From assembly GCF_039654945.1 (NCBI RefSeq), contig NW_027361684.1, positions 19,530,001 through 19,594,000 of the forward strand: a stretch of DNA of 64,000 nt, given 5' to 3'. A program made the translations under genes and the position numbers. The stretch is from Dendrobates tinctorius. Its lineage: Eukaryota. The first letter of the stretch is position 1. Every line of letters starts with the position of its first letter. Below, piece by piece: positions 13,701-23,842 of this stretch. The notes beneath the pieces are model-generated. The model worked only from the letters and a program-made list of their open reading frames with translations. It did no database searches and was not told the origin of the DNA.

Positions 13701-16151
13701 GTGGATTGATAGCCAATAAAGCTAAACTAAACCGCCAGAATCAGATAATGGTTGATGAACTGAGGGAACGTCTCTTCAAGATGATCAGTCACATTGGTCT
13801 TGATCTAGCTGCTCTTAATATACAAAGGGGCCGAGAACATGGGTTACCAGGTAAAGTAAGAATATTGCTGCACTCTTAGTTTACACAAAAACATATTTTA
13901 TTCTACAAGGTTGCAATAGATGACAATCCCATAGGAGAAAATGGAAAGATTCCCAAGAACTCAAGATACCCCTCTAATTCCCCGTAATGTCTTGCCAAAA
14001 GCCAATGAAATTAAACATCACCATAATCCATTGCAGTATACACACATTCATTTGTAGCAAGGGTCTGGGACAAAAATATTTTTAGTATGGCTTACACTTT
14101 TTATGGTTCCTTTCATCTGTACTGCGTATAGTGCCGTGAATATAGAAGACTTACATTTAGCAATTGTACTGTGCGTGGCTGTATTTAAGGAACATAAAAA
14201 GCTTGTTTTCAGTGTAGTGGTTTATATGCCACATGGTTAAAAAAGACAAATTCCTAAGTTTGACCTTTTTCTGCCAATTTTATCCATGAAAAGTAAAACA
14301 AACCTTATTGGAATATTGTTGATAATTTCTGTCTCAGAGGGATCTAAAAATATCATCCTTCTTGCACCAAACGACACATAACAATTCTTCCTGAATCAAT
14401 TGAACGTAATTATGCCCATTTGTGATATTTACTTCTACTATCTGTGGTACCACTATTTCTCGTAGTACATATTGGTAATATGAAAATCTTGTTTTCCTGT
14501 GTATTTGAGTAGTCATCATTTTCTTTACAACCCAAGGATACAATGCATGGAGAAGATTCTGTGGCCTTTCAGCACCACGAAACGTAGATGAATTGGCCAC
14601 CGTAATGGAAAATAGGAAGCTTGCAGAAAGCCTAATACAATTGTATGGGACACCTGAAAACATCGATATCTGGGTTGGAGGGGTCTCTGAGCCTTTGGTT
14701 CGCAGAGGAAGAACTGGAAAGTTGTTAACATGTTTAATTGGAAATCAGTTCCGTAGAAGTAGAGATGGAGATCGGTAGGTATCCCTTTTTCAGCATAGTA
14801 AAGGAACATGGAAATATTTCTAAGGGAATCTGTCACCCCTTGGACATATGTAACCTATTAATCTGGGCATACAGGTTATAGAATGTTTAAAATAATCATA
14901 CCTATATGTCTCATAGCTGCGGTCTTGTTGTGGAGAAATCCTCTTTTATTCATTTATGGCAATGAGTTCTTCCAGGCTCTGGTGCGTGCGGTGTCTGGAA
15001 GAAAACTTAGCCTACAGTCTTCATTAGTGTACCTACCCCCTTCCATTAGCATCACAATGCCCTGTGACATGTAGTGGTGGCCCTGGGATTCTGCACCTGC
15101 ACCCACCCTGCAACACCGCAATTATACTTGATGATTCCGCCATTCTGCGCAGGCGCCAATGAATCACTGTAAGTGGGGAGAGCAGCTTATCACCGCACAC
15201 GCCGGAGGTCACTGGAGCGGAAGTTGCAGTGATTCGCCGGCACCTGCACATAAGAAAGAAGATGTCAATGCTCATAGAAGGGCGGAAACTTCAAATATAA
15301 TTGCGCTATTGCAGGGTGCAAGTGCGAGATTCTGGGGCCACCACTACTTGTCACAGGGCACTGTGACGCTGGTGACAGGGCAGGTACGCTTATGAAGACT
15401 GGAGCCAGAGTTTTCTTCCAGACACCGCACACCCCAGAGCCTGGAATAACTCATTGCCATAAATGAATAAAAGTGGATTTTTTGTCAAAAAAGACCGCAA
15501 ATATGAGTCATACAGGTATGACTATTTTAACCATATATTATGCCCATATGTATACTTATATTCATAGGTTACATACATCCAACAGGGTCACAGATTCCTT
15601 TTAAAAACAAATTCTTAAATTAGTGGCCCATTTAGACATCCATTTAAAAAAATAAATAAATGTAAATGGGTCTGGAAATTAATAGATGAACCAAAGCTGC
15701 TGCCATGTAGGATGTAGCCTGGAAATACTGTGGGAGATGTAAGAGATTCTGCTTCAAGAAACTGAACACAAATTGAAGAATTCATGGAGGCATGGCAATA
15801 AAAAAAAATGTATTTCCATTTTAAAGCAAACTTTTTTTGTGCTACTCCAATCACTCTTAAAAAGTTAAAAGTTTTGTCTTGTAGAGTTGAAAGGGTTGTG
15901 ATTTCCCCCCCAAATGTTTGATCATTCCGTCTTTGTTTTCAGGTTTTATTATGAAAATCCCTCAGTATTCTGTTTATCCCAAAGAATATCAATAGAGAGA
16001 GTGACTCTGGCACATATTATATGTGCTAACACCAACATTAAAGAAGTCCCTAAAAATGTCTTTCTCGGCAATCAGTACCCACGAGGGTTCATTAAATGCT
16101 CCAGTTTGCCAGCAATGAACCTGCAACCTTGGAAAGTTTTGGTCAGAAATG
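1532..16151 (+). CDS. Myeloperoxidase/eosinophil peroxidase-like animal heme peroxidase gene, 5'-partial; exons 1532-1707, 2840-2960, 3727-3856, 5520-5726, 7210-7525, 12081-12241, 12445-12697, 13680-13850, 14537-14774, 15943-16151
   Basis: Ten AG/GT-bounded exons (176, 121, 130, 207, 316, 161, 253, 171, 238, 209 nt) splice in frame with no stops. Motifs: [11 protein letters not shown]; [10 protein letters not shown] (distal Gln/Asp/His); LTSYVDGS (Ca site); GDIRVNEQ (distal Arg, ester Glu); FRMGHT (proximal His); [16 protein letters not shown]; RDGDRF. The exact paralogue (mpo/epx/lpo) cannot be assigned by eye. Confidence 0.96.
2155..2640. mobile_element. Palindromic non-autonomous DNA transposon (Kolobok/T2-type MITE)
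   Basis: Starts TTAA-AG; long imperfect inverted arms (gtagttcaactggg / cccagttgaactac; gactctgct / agcagagtc). Confidence 0.65.
2840..2960 (+). CDS. Peroxidase exon (exon 4 equivalent)
   Basis: tatag|at...aatag|gtaagg; [41 protein letters not shown]. Confidence 0.93.
3049..3127. repeat. Exact 40-bp tandem duplication
   Basis: ttgtgatggtagtccactcatctgagatctgatcagaca present twice. Confidence 0.9.
3727..3856 (+). CDS. Peroxidase exon (exon 5 equivalent)
   Basis: tacag|a...ttg|gtaaaa; [30 protein letters not shown]. Confidence 0.94.
4172..4972 (+). mobile_element. Possible solo LTR
   Basis: TGTCA...CTACA ends with AATAAA near 4892; TSD not clean. Confidence 0.35.
5520..5726 (+). CDS. Peroxidase exon (exon 6 equivalent, distal His)
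   Basis: aatag|g...atg|gtaaga; ARAVSNEIV...[14 protein letters not shown]...PCFPLM. Confidence 0.95.
6531..6752 (+). mobile_element. CR1 LINE 3' end
   Basis: ORF2 C-terminus ([15 protein letters not shown]) and the CR1 tail gaggtcccttctaactc...attatatgattctatg. Confidence 0.88.
7210..7525 (+). CDS. Peroxidase exon (exon 7 equivalent)
   Basis: tttag|att...gcag|gtgagg; IPLND...[11 protein letters not shown]...[19 protein letters not shown]...PCFLA. Confidence 0.95.
8160..10602 (-). mobile_element. Truncated, internally deleted Ty3/Gypsy (sushi/RTL1-PEG10-like) element, antisense in a peroxidase intron; LTR 9650-10602
   Basis: LTR TGTTAGG...CCTTACA; Gag ORF 9621-8764; protease VDSGAEGNF at about 8605-8632; no RT visible. 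Confidence 0.85.
8764..9621 (-). CDS. Retrotransposon Gag (RTL1/PEG10-like), 285 aa; last Cys of the zinc knuckle mutated to TGA
   Basis: [50 protein letters not shown]. Confidence 0.8.
   Translation of the reverse strand: MADMQLLQRYIQQLEGRLATVESAASAAKFTEAAAQAVAEAVSRVSTSMPAPTVTRPPLPDKFSDDSASCRGFVSQCSIQLELLAAHFPTERAKVGFLVSLLSGRALACATPLWERGYPDVRTAAQFLTSLKQVFLGPWVTHDTSLQLLALTQGTQSVSQYAVRFRTLASELEWPDRALIPVFWRGLAEHVKDALSTREVPISLEELIAISTHIDLRFTERGLERTQSRQKFRSTPGFSELLEPPDLEVLPPEPLDVSRTGPRPRPAQGPTYCYLCRQSDHLANR
11412..11913 (+). mobile_element. Non-autonomous Helitron with internal minisatellite
   Basis: A|TC start and CTAG|T end; GC hairpin cccgggcagcgccggg just upstream of the 3' end; (GTAT)n and aaatttggcaca motif. 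Confidence 0.8.
11547..11845. repeat. Minisatellite of about 43 bp, about 7 copies
   Basis: Repeated ggatatgtatgatgggtatatgggcatgggactatgggatgga. Confidence 0.9.
12081..12241 (+). CDS. Peroxidase exon (exon 8 equivalent)
   Basis: ttcag|gg...cag|gtgcag; [26 protein letters not shown]. Confidence 0.95.
12445..12697 (+). CDS. Peroxidase exon (exon 9 equivalent, proximal His)
   Basis: tatag|aaa...caag|gtaact; [13 protein letters not shown]...[16 protein letters not shown]. Confidence 0.95.
13202..13392. mobile_element. hAT-type MITE
   Basis: CAGGGG...CAGTG ends; 8-bp TSD ataatatg/ataacatg. Confidence 0.75.
13680..13850 (+). CDS. Peroxidase exon (exon 10 equivalent; absent from the ORF track)
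   Basis: tgcag|gt...ccag|gtaaag; [10 protein letters not shown]...DELRERLF...[17 protein letters not shown]. Confidence 0.95.
14537..14774 (+). CDS. Peroxidase exon (exon 11 equivalent)
   Basis: ccaag|ga...tcg|gtaggt; [11 protein letters not shown]...[17 protein letters not shown]...RDGDR. Confidence 0.95.
14824..15600. mobile_element. Palindromic Kolobok/T2-type MITE
   Basis: gggaatctgtcacccc...gggtcacagattcctt ends, (C/T)TAA flanks, long inverted arms. Confidence 0.8.
15943..16151 (+). CDS. Peroxidase exon (exon 12 equivalent); ends at a GTAAGT donor, or reads through to TAG at 16186
   Basis: ttcag|g...; FYYENPSVF...[10 protein letters not shown]...MNLQPWK; perfect donor G|GTAAGT at 16151/16152. 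Confidence 0.9.
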
Positions 16152-16429
16152 GTAAGTACGTGTCTATGCAGACAAAAGCTTTATAGGGCATAGTTACCTT
16201 GGGGGAAAATCTGGAGTTACATAAACAGCATAGCTCAGGTGTCCTTGGCTGTTTATCTAACTCCACCTCCAGGGATATTTGTCTGGATAGAGTCATTCCC
16301 ATGTCAGCTATGACTGGTTGATGGGGAATAACCCTTTAAGAAACAGATCAATTCACTTACACAGAGCATCCGGAGAGTAAGTCTGTTGTTCTTCATTCTA
16401 CAGCTAACCAGAGCTTATAATCAGAGGTA

Positions 16430-17801
16430 CAAGGTGCATTTCACAAATTTAGAATATCATCAAAAAGTTAATTTATTTTAGTTCTTCAATACAAAAAGTG
16501 AATCTCATATATTATACAGTCACTACACACAGAGTGATCTATTTCAAGTGTTTATTTCTGTTAATGTTGATGATTATGGCTTACAGCCAATGAAAAGCCA
16601 AAAGTCATTATCTCAGTACATTAGAATACTTTATAACACCAGCTTGAAAAAATGATTTTAAAATCCGAAATGTTGGCCTACTGAAATGTATGTTCAGTAG
16701 ATGCACTCAATACTTGGTCTGGGCTCCTTTTGTATCAATTACTACATCAATGCGGCGTGGCATGGAGGCGATCTGCTTGTGGCAATGCTGAGGTGTTTTG
16801 GAAGCCTAGGTTGTTTTGATTGCAGCCTTCAGCTCATCTGCATTGTTGGCTCTGGTGTTTCTCATCTTCTTCTTGACAATACTCCATAGATTCTCTATGG
16901 AGTTAAGGTCAGGCGAGTTTGCTCGCCAATCAAGCACAGTGATACTGTTTGTAAAGCAGGTATTGGTACTTTTCGCAGTGTGGACAGGTGCCAAGTCATG
17001 CTGGAATATTAAATTTCCATCTCCAAAAAGCTTGTCGGCAGAGGGAAGCATAAAGTGCTCTAAAATTTACTTGTAGACGGCTGCGCTGACTTTGGTCTTG
17101 ATAAAACACAGTGGACCTACACCAGCAGATGACATGGCTCCCCAAACCATCACTGATTGTGGTAACTTCGTCTAAAAGGAAATTTTAGAGCACTTCATGC
17201 TTCCCTCTGCCAACAAGCTTTTTGGAGATGGAAATTTCATTCGCCAGCAGGACTTGGCACTTGTCCACAATGCCAAAAGTACCAATACCTCATTGTGCTT
17301 GATTGGCCAGCAAACTCACCTGACCTTAACCCTATAAAGAATCTATGGGGTATTGTCAAGAGCAAGATGAGAGACACCAGATCCAACAATGCAGACGAGC
17401 TGAAGGCTGCTATCAAAACAACCTGGGCTTCCATAACACCTCAGCAGTGCCACAGTCTGATCGCCTCCATGCCACGCTGCATTGATGAAGTAATTGATGC
17501 CAAAGGAGCCCCGACCAAGTATTGAGTACATTTACTGGTCATACATGTCCGTAGGCCAACATTTCGGATTTTAAAATAATTTTTCAACCTGGTGTTATAA
17601 AGTATTCTAATTTACTGAGATAATGACTTTTGGGTTTTTATTGGCTGTAAGGCAAAATCATCAACATTAACAGAAGTAAACACTTGAAAAAGATCACTCT
17701 GTTTGTAATGACTTTATATAATATATGAGTTGCACTTTTATCATTAAGAACTGAAATAAATTAACTTTTTGATGATATTCTAATTTTTTGAGATGCACTT
17801 G
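16430..17801. mobile_element. Tc1/mariner fold-back derivative (two inverted 3' halves)
   Basis: TA|caaggtgca...tgcacttg|TA; transposase C-terminus (W[PR]ANSPDLN.I.NLW) on - at 16806-17051 and on + at 17295-17525. Confidence 0.9.
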
Positions 17802-17909
17802 TAACTTAAAAGGAGTCTGGTAGCCCCGAAATGCAAAGAAATAATTTAATTTAAACAGTTATATAGGGTATATAGCCCCTATGAAAATAATATAATTGTT
17901 GTAATCACT

Positions 17910-20900
17910 TTTACCCCTTCACCCCCCTATCCTTCTTTCACATTTGTGACCAGGTCAATTTTTTCAATTCTGACCACTAATAACTCTGGAACACTTCAAC
18001 ATATCCTAGTGTTACTGAGTTTGTTTTTTTGTGATATATCGTGCTTCATGATAGTGGTAAAATTTGGTCGATATGATTTACGTTTTTCAAAATATCGAAA
18101 ATTTGACAAAAAATTACAGAATTTTCAAAGTTTTAATTTTTATGCCTATAAGCCAGATAGCAATGTCACACAAATAGTTAATAAATTACATTTCCCACAT
18201 GTCTACTTTACATCAGCATCATTTATGAAATATAATTTTTTTTTGTTAGGAAGTTAGAAGAATTAAAACTTTATCAGCAATTTCTTATTTTCACAACAAT
18301 GCAGTATTTACAGAATCAATTTTTTTTAGAGGCCACATCAAAATTGAATTGACTTTGAGGGCCCTATGTGACAGGAAATACCCTAAAGTGACACCTCTTT
18401 AAAACCTAGACCCAACAAAGTGCTCAAAATCACATTCAAGAAGTACATTAATCCTTTAGGGGCTTCACAGGAATTAAAGCAATGTGTAAGTAAGAAAATG
18501 CAAATTTTTCTTTTTCCCACAAAAATATTCCTTTAGCTCTAAATTTTGCATTTTCAAAAGGGTAACAGGAGTAAATGGACCATACAATTTATTGTGCAGT
18601 TTCTTCTGAGTACATCGATACCCTATTTATTGTGGAAAACTACTGTTTGGACGCAGGGCAGGGCTCTGAAGGGAAAAAACAACATTCGATTTTTGGAGCG
18701 CAAAATTCCCTGTAATAGATAGCGGATGCCATGTCATGTGTTCAGAGCTCCTGATGTGCCTATTCAGTGGAGACCATCCACGAATGACCCAATTTTGGAA
18801 CTACACCCCTCAAGAAATTTCTCTAGAGGTGTGGTGAGCACCATGAACCCGCAGGTGCTTCACAGAATTTTTTTAATGTTGATCCCTGAAAGTGAAAAAA
18901 TACATTTTTCCAGCAAAAAATTTTGCTTTAGCCTCAAATATTTTTCTTTTCACAATGGTAACAGGAGAAAATGGACCCCAAAATTTGTTGTGCGATTTCT
19001 TCTGAGTACGACGATACCCCATATGTGGTGGAAAACTACTGTTTGGGCACACGACAGGGAAGGGAATGATCGCCCCGATTAATTCTGGAGAGCAGTTTTG
19101 GCTTTAAAGAGTCCCTGACATGTAAAAACAGCAAAAAACCCAACTAGTGACCCCATTTTGGAAACTACGCCTCTTGGAATTCATCTATGAGTGTAGTGAG
19201 TATTTTTAACCCTCAGGCGCTTGTATAACGTAGGGCTGAGTCAATGAAAAACTACCACTTTTTACACTAAAATGTTGCTTTGGCCCCAAGTTTTCAATTT
19301 TCAAAAGGGATAATAGGAGAAAATAAATGGTACAATTTGTTACCCAGTTTCTCCTGAGTATACCGATAAGCCATATATGGTCGAAAACTGCTTATGAGAC
19401 ACAAAAAGCTCCATAATGGAGTTCACATTTTGCTGGAATTATTTGAGGGTTTTGTCACATTAGCAGAGCAGCAGGAAAACACATAAGTGACCCTATTTTG
19501 CAATCTACACCTCTAGGGGAGCAGTGAATATGTTGACATCACATTTACCTCATAGGATTTTATACCATTGGGCAGTGAAGAAAGAATAATTACATTTTTT
19601 ATTAGTAAAATGTTGTTTTAGCTCCAAGTTTTTAATTTTTATAAGGGCTAATAGGAAAAAAAAATTACATCAAAGTTTGTTGTGCAATTTCTCCTGATTT
19701 TTCCAATACCCTACATGTAATCGGGAACTACTTTTCAGGCACAGTGAAAGCTCAGAAGGGAAGGAGCTCAATATTCTAGTGCAGATATTGCTGTTACGGT
19801 TTGAGGGTGCCATGACTCACTGGAAGTGCCACTGAGGTTCAAACTACACCTCTCAATGAATTTTTCTAAGGATACAGCAATCATATTAACTCCATGGGTG
19901 TGTCACAAAATTTTCAGTTAAGAAAAATTTTTCACATTTTTACTAGAAAAAAATATTGTTAGACCCATTTTTACATGAGTAAATGGGTAAAAAAAGGCAC
20001 CAAAATGTGTCACAATTTCTGCTAAACATATCAATACCCTATATCTGGCTATTCAGTACTGCTCAGCCACATGGCGAGACTCTTGGAGAACAAATTATTA
20101 TAGAATAGTTTGCTGACTCCAAGGAAAGAGCCCCCAAGTGCCAGAAGAGCAGAATCAGCCCACAAGTGATCCCATTTTGGAAATTACACCCCTCTGGAAA
20201 TTAATCTACAGGTGTACTGCTGTTTTTGACTCCATGTGTGTTTTCCAGAAACAAGCAGCAGTGGATGTTGCTGAGTGAAAATTGGAAATCTGCCATTGTA
20301 GTACCCGGACGTTGTAGTGCCCAGTACATTGTAGTGCCCAGTACATTGTAGTGCCCATTCATTATGCCCAGCTCATGCTTTTGAAGACATGAACTCTGTA
20401 AATTAGGTGTGCTATCATCACTACAGAAATATCAAACATATGGATCCTAAATGTGGTTTAGGCACACTGTGGGACTCAGAAGGGAGGGGAGAATTTGGAT
20501 TTGGAAACAAAGAATTCACTGGATGTCTGGTTTAAGTTGAACCTTTTTTGGGGAACATTTAACTTAACATTTTGGATAACATTTATCCTGTGCTATACGC
20601 TGAGCACTTACATTGTGGTATCCATCTAAATCTCCAAATGACATGATTCAGATTAAACCCCTAAGCGATCCATTCACTATAATGAGGCTGCAAAGTTATT
20701 CTGGGCTCCATCAGGCCTATGTTCAGCATTGTCCTCCTTTTCAGAGGTTCACAAAACTGTGGCCGACTGCACTTTTATGCACTCTTAAAAAGATGGACAC
20801 TGCTGGATCATAGGTCAGATGGCATTCACAGTGCCTCCATCTGCCTCATTATAATAATAATAATAATAATAATAAGAATTTTATTTCTATAGCGCCAACA

Positions 20901-21870
20901 TACTCCGCAGCACTTTACATTATATAGGGGACTTCTACTGACAATAGACATTACAGCATACCAATAAACACATAGATCAAAACAGATACCAAGAGGGTGA
21001 GGGCCCTGCTCGCTAGCTTACAATCTATAAGGAAAAAGGGGAGACACAAAAGGTGGATGGTAACAATTGCTTTTATTGTTTGGACCAGCCATAGTGTAAG
21101 AATCGGGTGTTCCTGTTGCTGCATGAACCAGTTAACAGTCTAAATATGTAGCAGTACAGACACAGAGGGCTATTAAATGCATAAAGCATGTGAGAACATG
21201 ATGCAAAGAAACTGGTTATGGTAAAAAATTTTGAAAGCGCCACACAGGGATATTTAGGTTAATGCGTTGAGGCGATAGGCCAGTCTGAACAAATGTGTTT
21301 TAGGGCACGCTTAAAACTGTGTGGATTGGGGATTAATCGTATTAACCTGGGTAGTGCATTCCAAAGAATTGGCGCAGCACGTGAAAAGTCTTATAGATGG
21401 AAGTGGGAGGTTCTGATTATTGAGGATGTTAACCTCAGGTCATTAGCAGAGCAGAGAGCACGGCTAGGGTGGTAGGCTGAGAAGAGGGAGGAGATGTAGG
21501 GTGGTGCTGAGCCATGGAGTGCTTTGTGGGTGAGGGTAATAAGTTTATAATGAATTCTGGAGTGGATGTGTAACCAGTGTAAGGACTGGCACAATTATAC
21601 ATTATTGGGAATTATAGGGAATTTTCTACCAGGGGTTCCATCTGAATCACATATTTCAAATATTTACACAGAAACACTGATGCAAGCGCTCAGCACAGAG
21701 CACAGGATAAATGTGAGCTGAGCCTTACTGTAATCTTTGGGTGGCAAATTGAACAAATCAACAGTAGGACAGCAGGTGAATAATTTGTTCTATTTTTACA
21801 CCATTTCTCATGCAGTATAAGTTATTAGATGACTTTATTTGGGTCGATGCAATGACATCGATACCTCATA
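17910..21870. mobile_element. Large non-autonomous DNA transposon (piggyBac-like, TTAACCCCTT-type start) with internal repeats of about 340-400 bp
   Basis: Starts tttaccccttc; the motif gtgaccccattttggaaactacaccc recurs near 18390, 18785, 19147, 19487, 19840 and 20165; no coding signal. Confidence 0.5.
20851..21593 (-). mobile_element. L2-clade LINE 3' fragment
   Basis: ORF2 C-terminus CQSLHWL...RIHYKLITLTHKALHGSAPPYIS; 3' end tatagcgccaac with a (TAA)n tail at 20851-20875. Confidence 0.85.
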
Positions 21871-21883
21871 CAGGTAATAACAT

Positions 21884-22012
21884 AAGGTGCATCTCCAAAA
21901 ATTAGAATATCATCAAAAAGTTAATTTATTTCAGTTTTTCAATACAAAAAATGAAACTAAAAAAATATAAAGAGTCATTACAAACAGATTGATGTATTTC
22001 AAGTGTTTATTT
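21884..22012. mobile_element. Tc1 terminal fragment, same family as 16430-17801
   Basis: aaggtgcatctccaaaattagaatatcatcaaaaagttaattt matches the TIR at 16430. Confidence 0.8.
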
Positions 22013-22195
22013 CCATTTCGTCCCTCCGGACAGCACCATGGAGGAAGTCCTCCCTTGACCTATAGCGGGACAGGATCACAGAGAGGTTAAAAGGCCCCTC
22101 CCACCTCCACCATCCAGTGTTTTTCCTGTCCCAAAGGGGACGGTTGTATGAGAGCTTGCTCCATGAGGAGTGAAGATAGAAGGTGAATGTTTGAC

Positions 22196-22396
22196 GGGGC
22201 CCAGGGGGATCGGGCGGCTGGTCCAAACCTTCCCCCTGTCAAGTAGCCCGGGGCTGAAACCCTCCTGGGTGGGGGTCCCTCAGCCACAGAGACCAGGGCC
22301 AGGGGGATCGGGTGGCTGGTCCAAACTTTCCCCCTATCAAGTAGCCCGGGGCTGAAACCCTCCTGGGTGGGGGTCCCTCAGCCACAGAGACCAGGG
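22196..22396. repeat. Tandem duplication of about 98 bp
   Basis: gggcc(c)agggggatcgg...cagagaccaggg present twice. Confidence 0.85.
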
Positions 22397-23124
22397 TGCG
22401 GATGAGGCCCCTGGGTAGAGCCGCTTCCTCTCACAGTGGAGGCTCTCGGCTCCGCTGCCGGCCTGCAAGCCACCACTATTTCTGGAAATCGTGTGGCGGA
22501 GAAGGTCGTCGCTCCTCCGATGATGCCAGAGCAGGTCAGCGTGCATTCCACGGTAGAATGCAGAAATGCAGAACGAGACAGGCAAAAGGCTGGTTTCCTG
22601 GATCTCAGGGGGCACAGGAGAGGAAATCATTGGCAGTAATGCAGCATTCCTGATGGGACGCCGCTTCCCTCTATGGTGGGCTCTCGGCGTTATCAGCTCC
22701 CCATGGTTTTCTAGCAGGTATGGAGCCAGCACAGGTACGTGCACGGTGGAATGCTGTGTTAATGGCCTAAGCCTCTGGGCTGATGCTAGTCTCATGCCTT
22801 TGAGCCGAAGCTGCTCATGTGCTGAGGTATATTTTCACATATATGCAGCTAAGCCTTGTACCTCTGGGCTATAATAAGGCCATATGTCCAGGTTACATCC
22901 CACAAGTCGACTTAACTACTCCATCCATAGGAGGACACATGGAGTTAATGCAGCACAGTGTCTCCATGAAGACGGCCCTCCAGCTGCAGCTCAGTAATTA
23001 CCTCCTTTGGGTGGGGTCAAGTGAGATTATCCAGAACCCTGAGAGATTGCTCTCTTTGATGCAACTGGGGGCCTGGTCTCTTGTTTGGCACCTTCAAGCA
23101 GAGCCGTAGTCTGTCTGTGCCTCT

Positions 23125-23842
23125 GCACTTCATATTGCATCATATTGCTTCTATGCATTATATTGAGTGCCTCTATGCTACATATTGCATTATAGTGCTG
23201 CTATGCTTTATATTGAGTGCCTCTGTGCATCATATTGCATCATAGTGCCTCTATGCATTACATTGAGTGTCACAGTGCATCAGATAGCTTTTATGCATTA
23301 TATTGAGTGCCTCTATGCTTCATATTGCATTATAGTGCTGCTATGCTTTATATTGAGTGCCTCTGTGCATCATATTGCATCATAGTGCCTCTATGCATTA
23401 CATTGAGTGTCTCAGTGAATCATATTGCCTCTATGCATTATATTGAGTGCCTCTATGCTTCATATAGAATTATAGTGCTTGTATGCTTTATGTTGAGTGC
23501 CTTTATGCATCATATTACTGCTTCATATGGCATTATAGTGCTTCTATGCTTTATGTTGAGTGCCTTTATGCATCATATTGCTTCATGGTGCCTCTGCATC
23601 ATATTGCATCATAGTGCTTCTGTGCTTTATATTGAGTTCCTCTATGGATCAGATTGCTTCATGGTGCCTCTGAATTATATTGCTCATATTGCATCCATAG
23701 TGCCTTGGGCCATCATAGGGAGGCATAGTGCCTCTGTACATCATATTGTATCAAAGTGCCTCTATGCATTATATTGAGTGCATCACGTTGCATCATATCG
23801 CAGCATAGTTCCTCTATGCATCATATTGCATCATAGGGCTTC
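23125..23842. repeat. AT-rich minisatellite (CATCATATTG/CATAGTGCCT subunits), left part
   Basis: Directly visible; interrupted at 23843 by an LTR element. Confidence 0.9.

Noticed and set aside
23167-23777. Hydrophobic ORFs (MPLCYILHY...)
   Set aside because: They are translations of the minisatellite.
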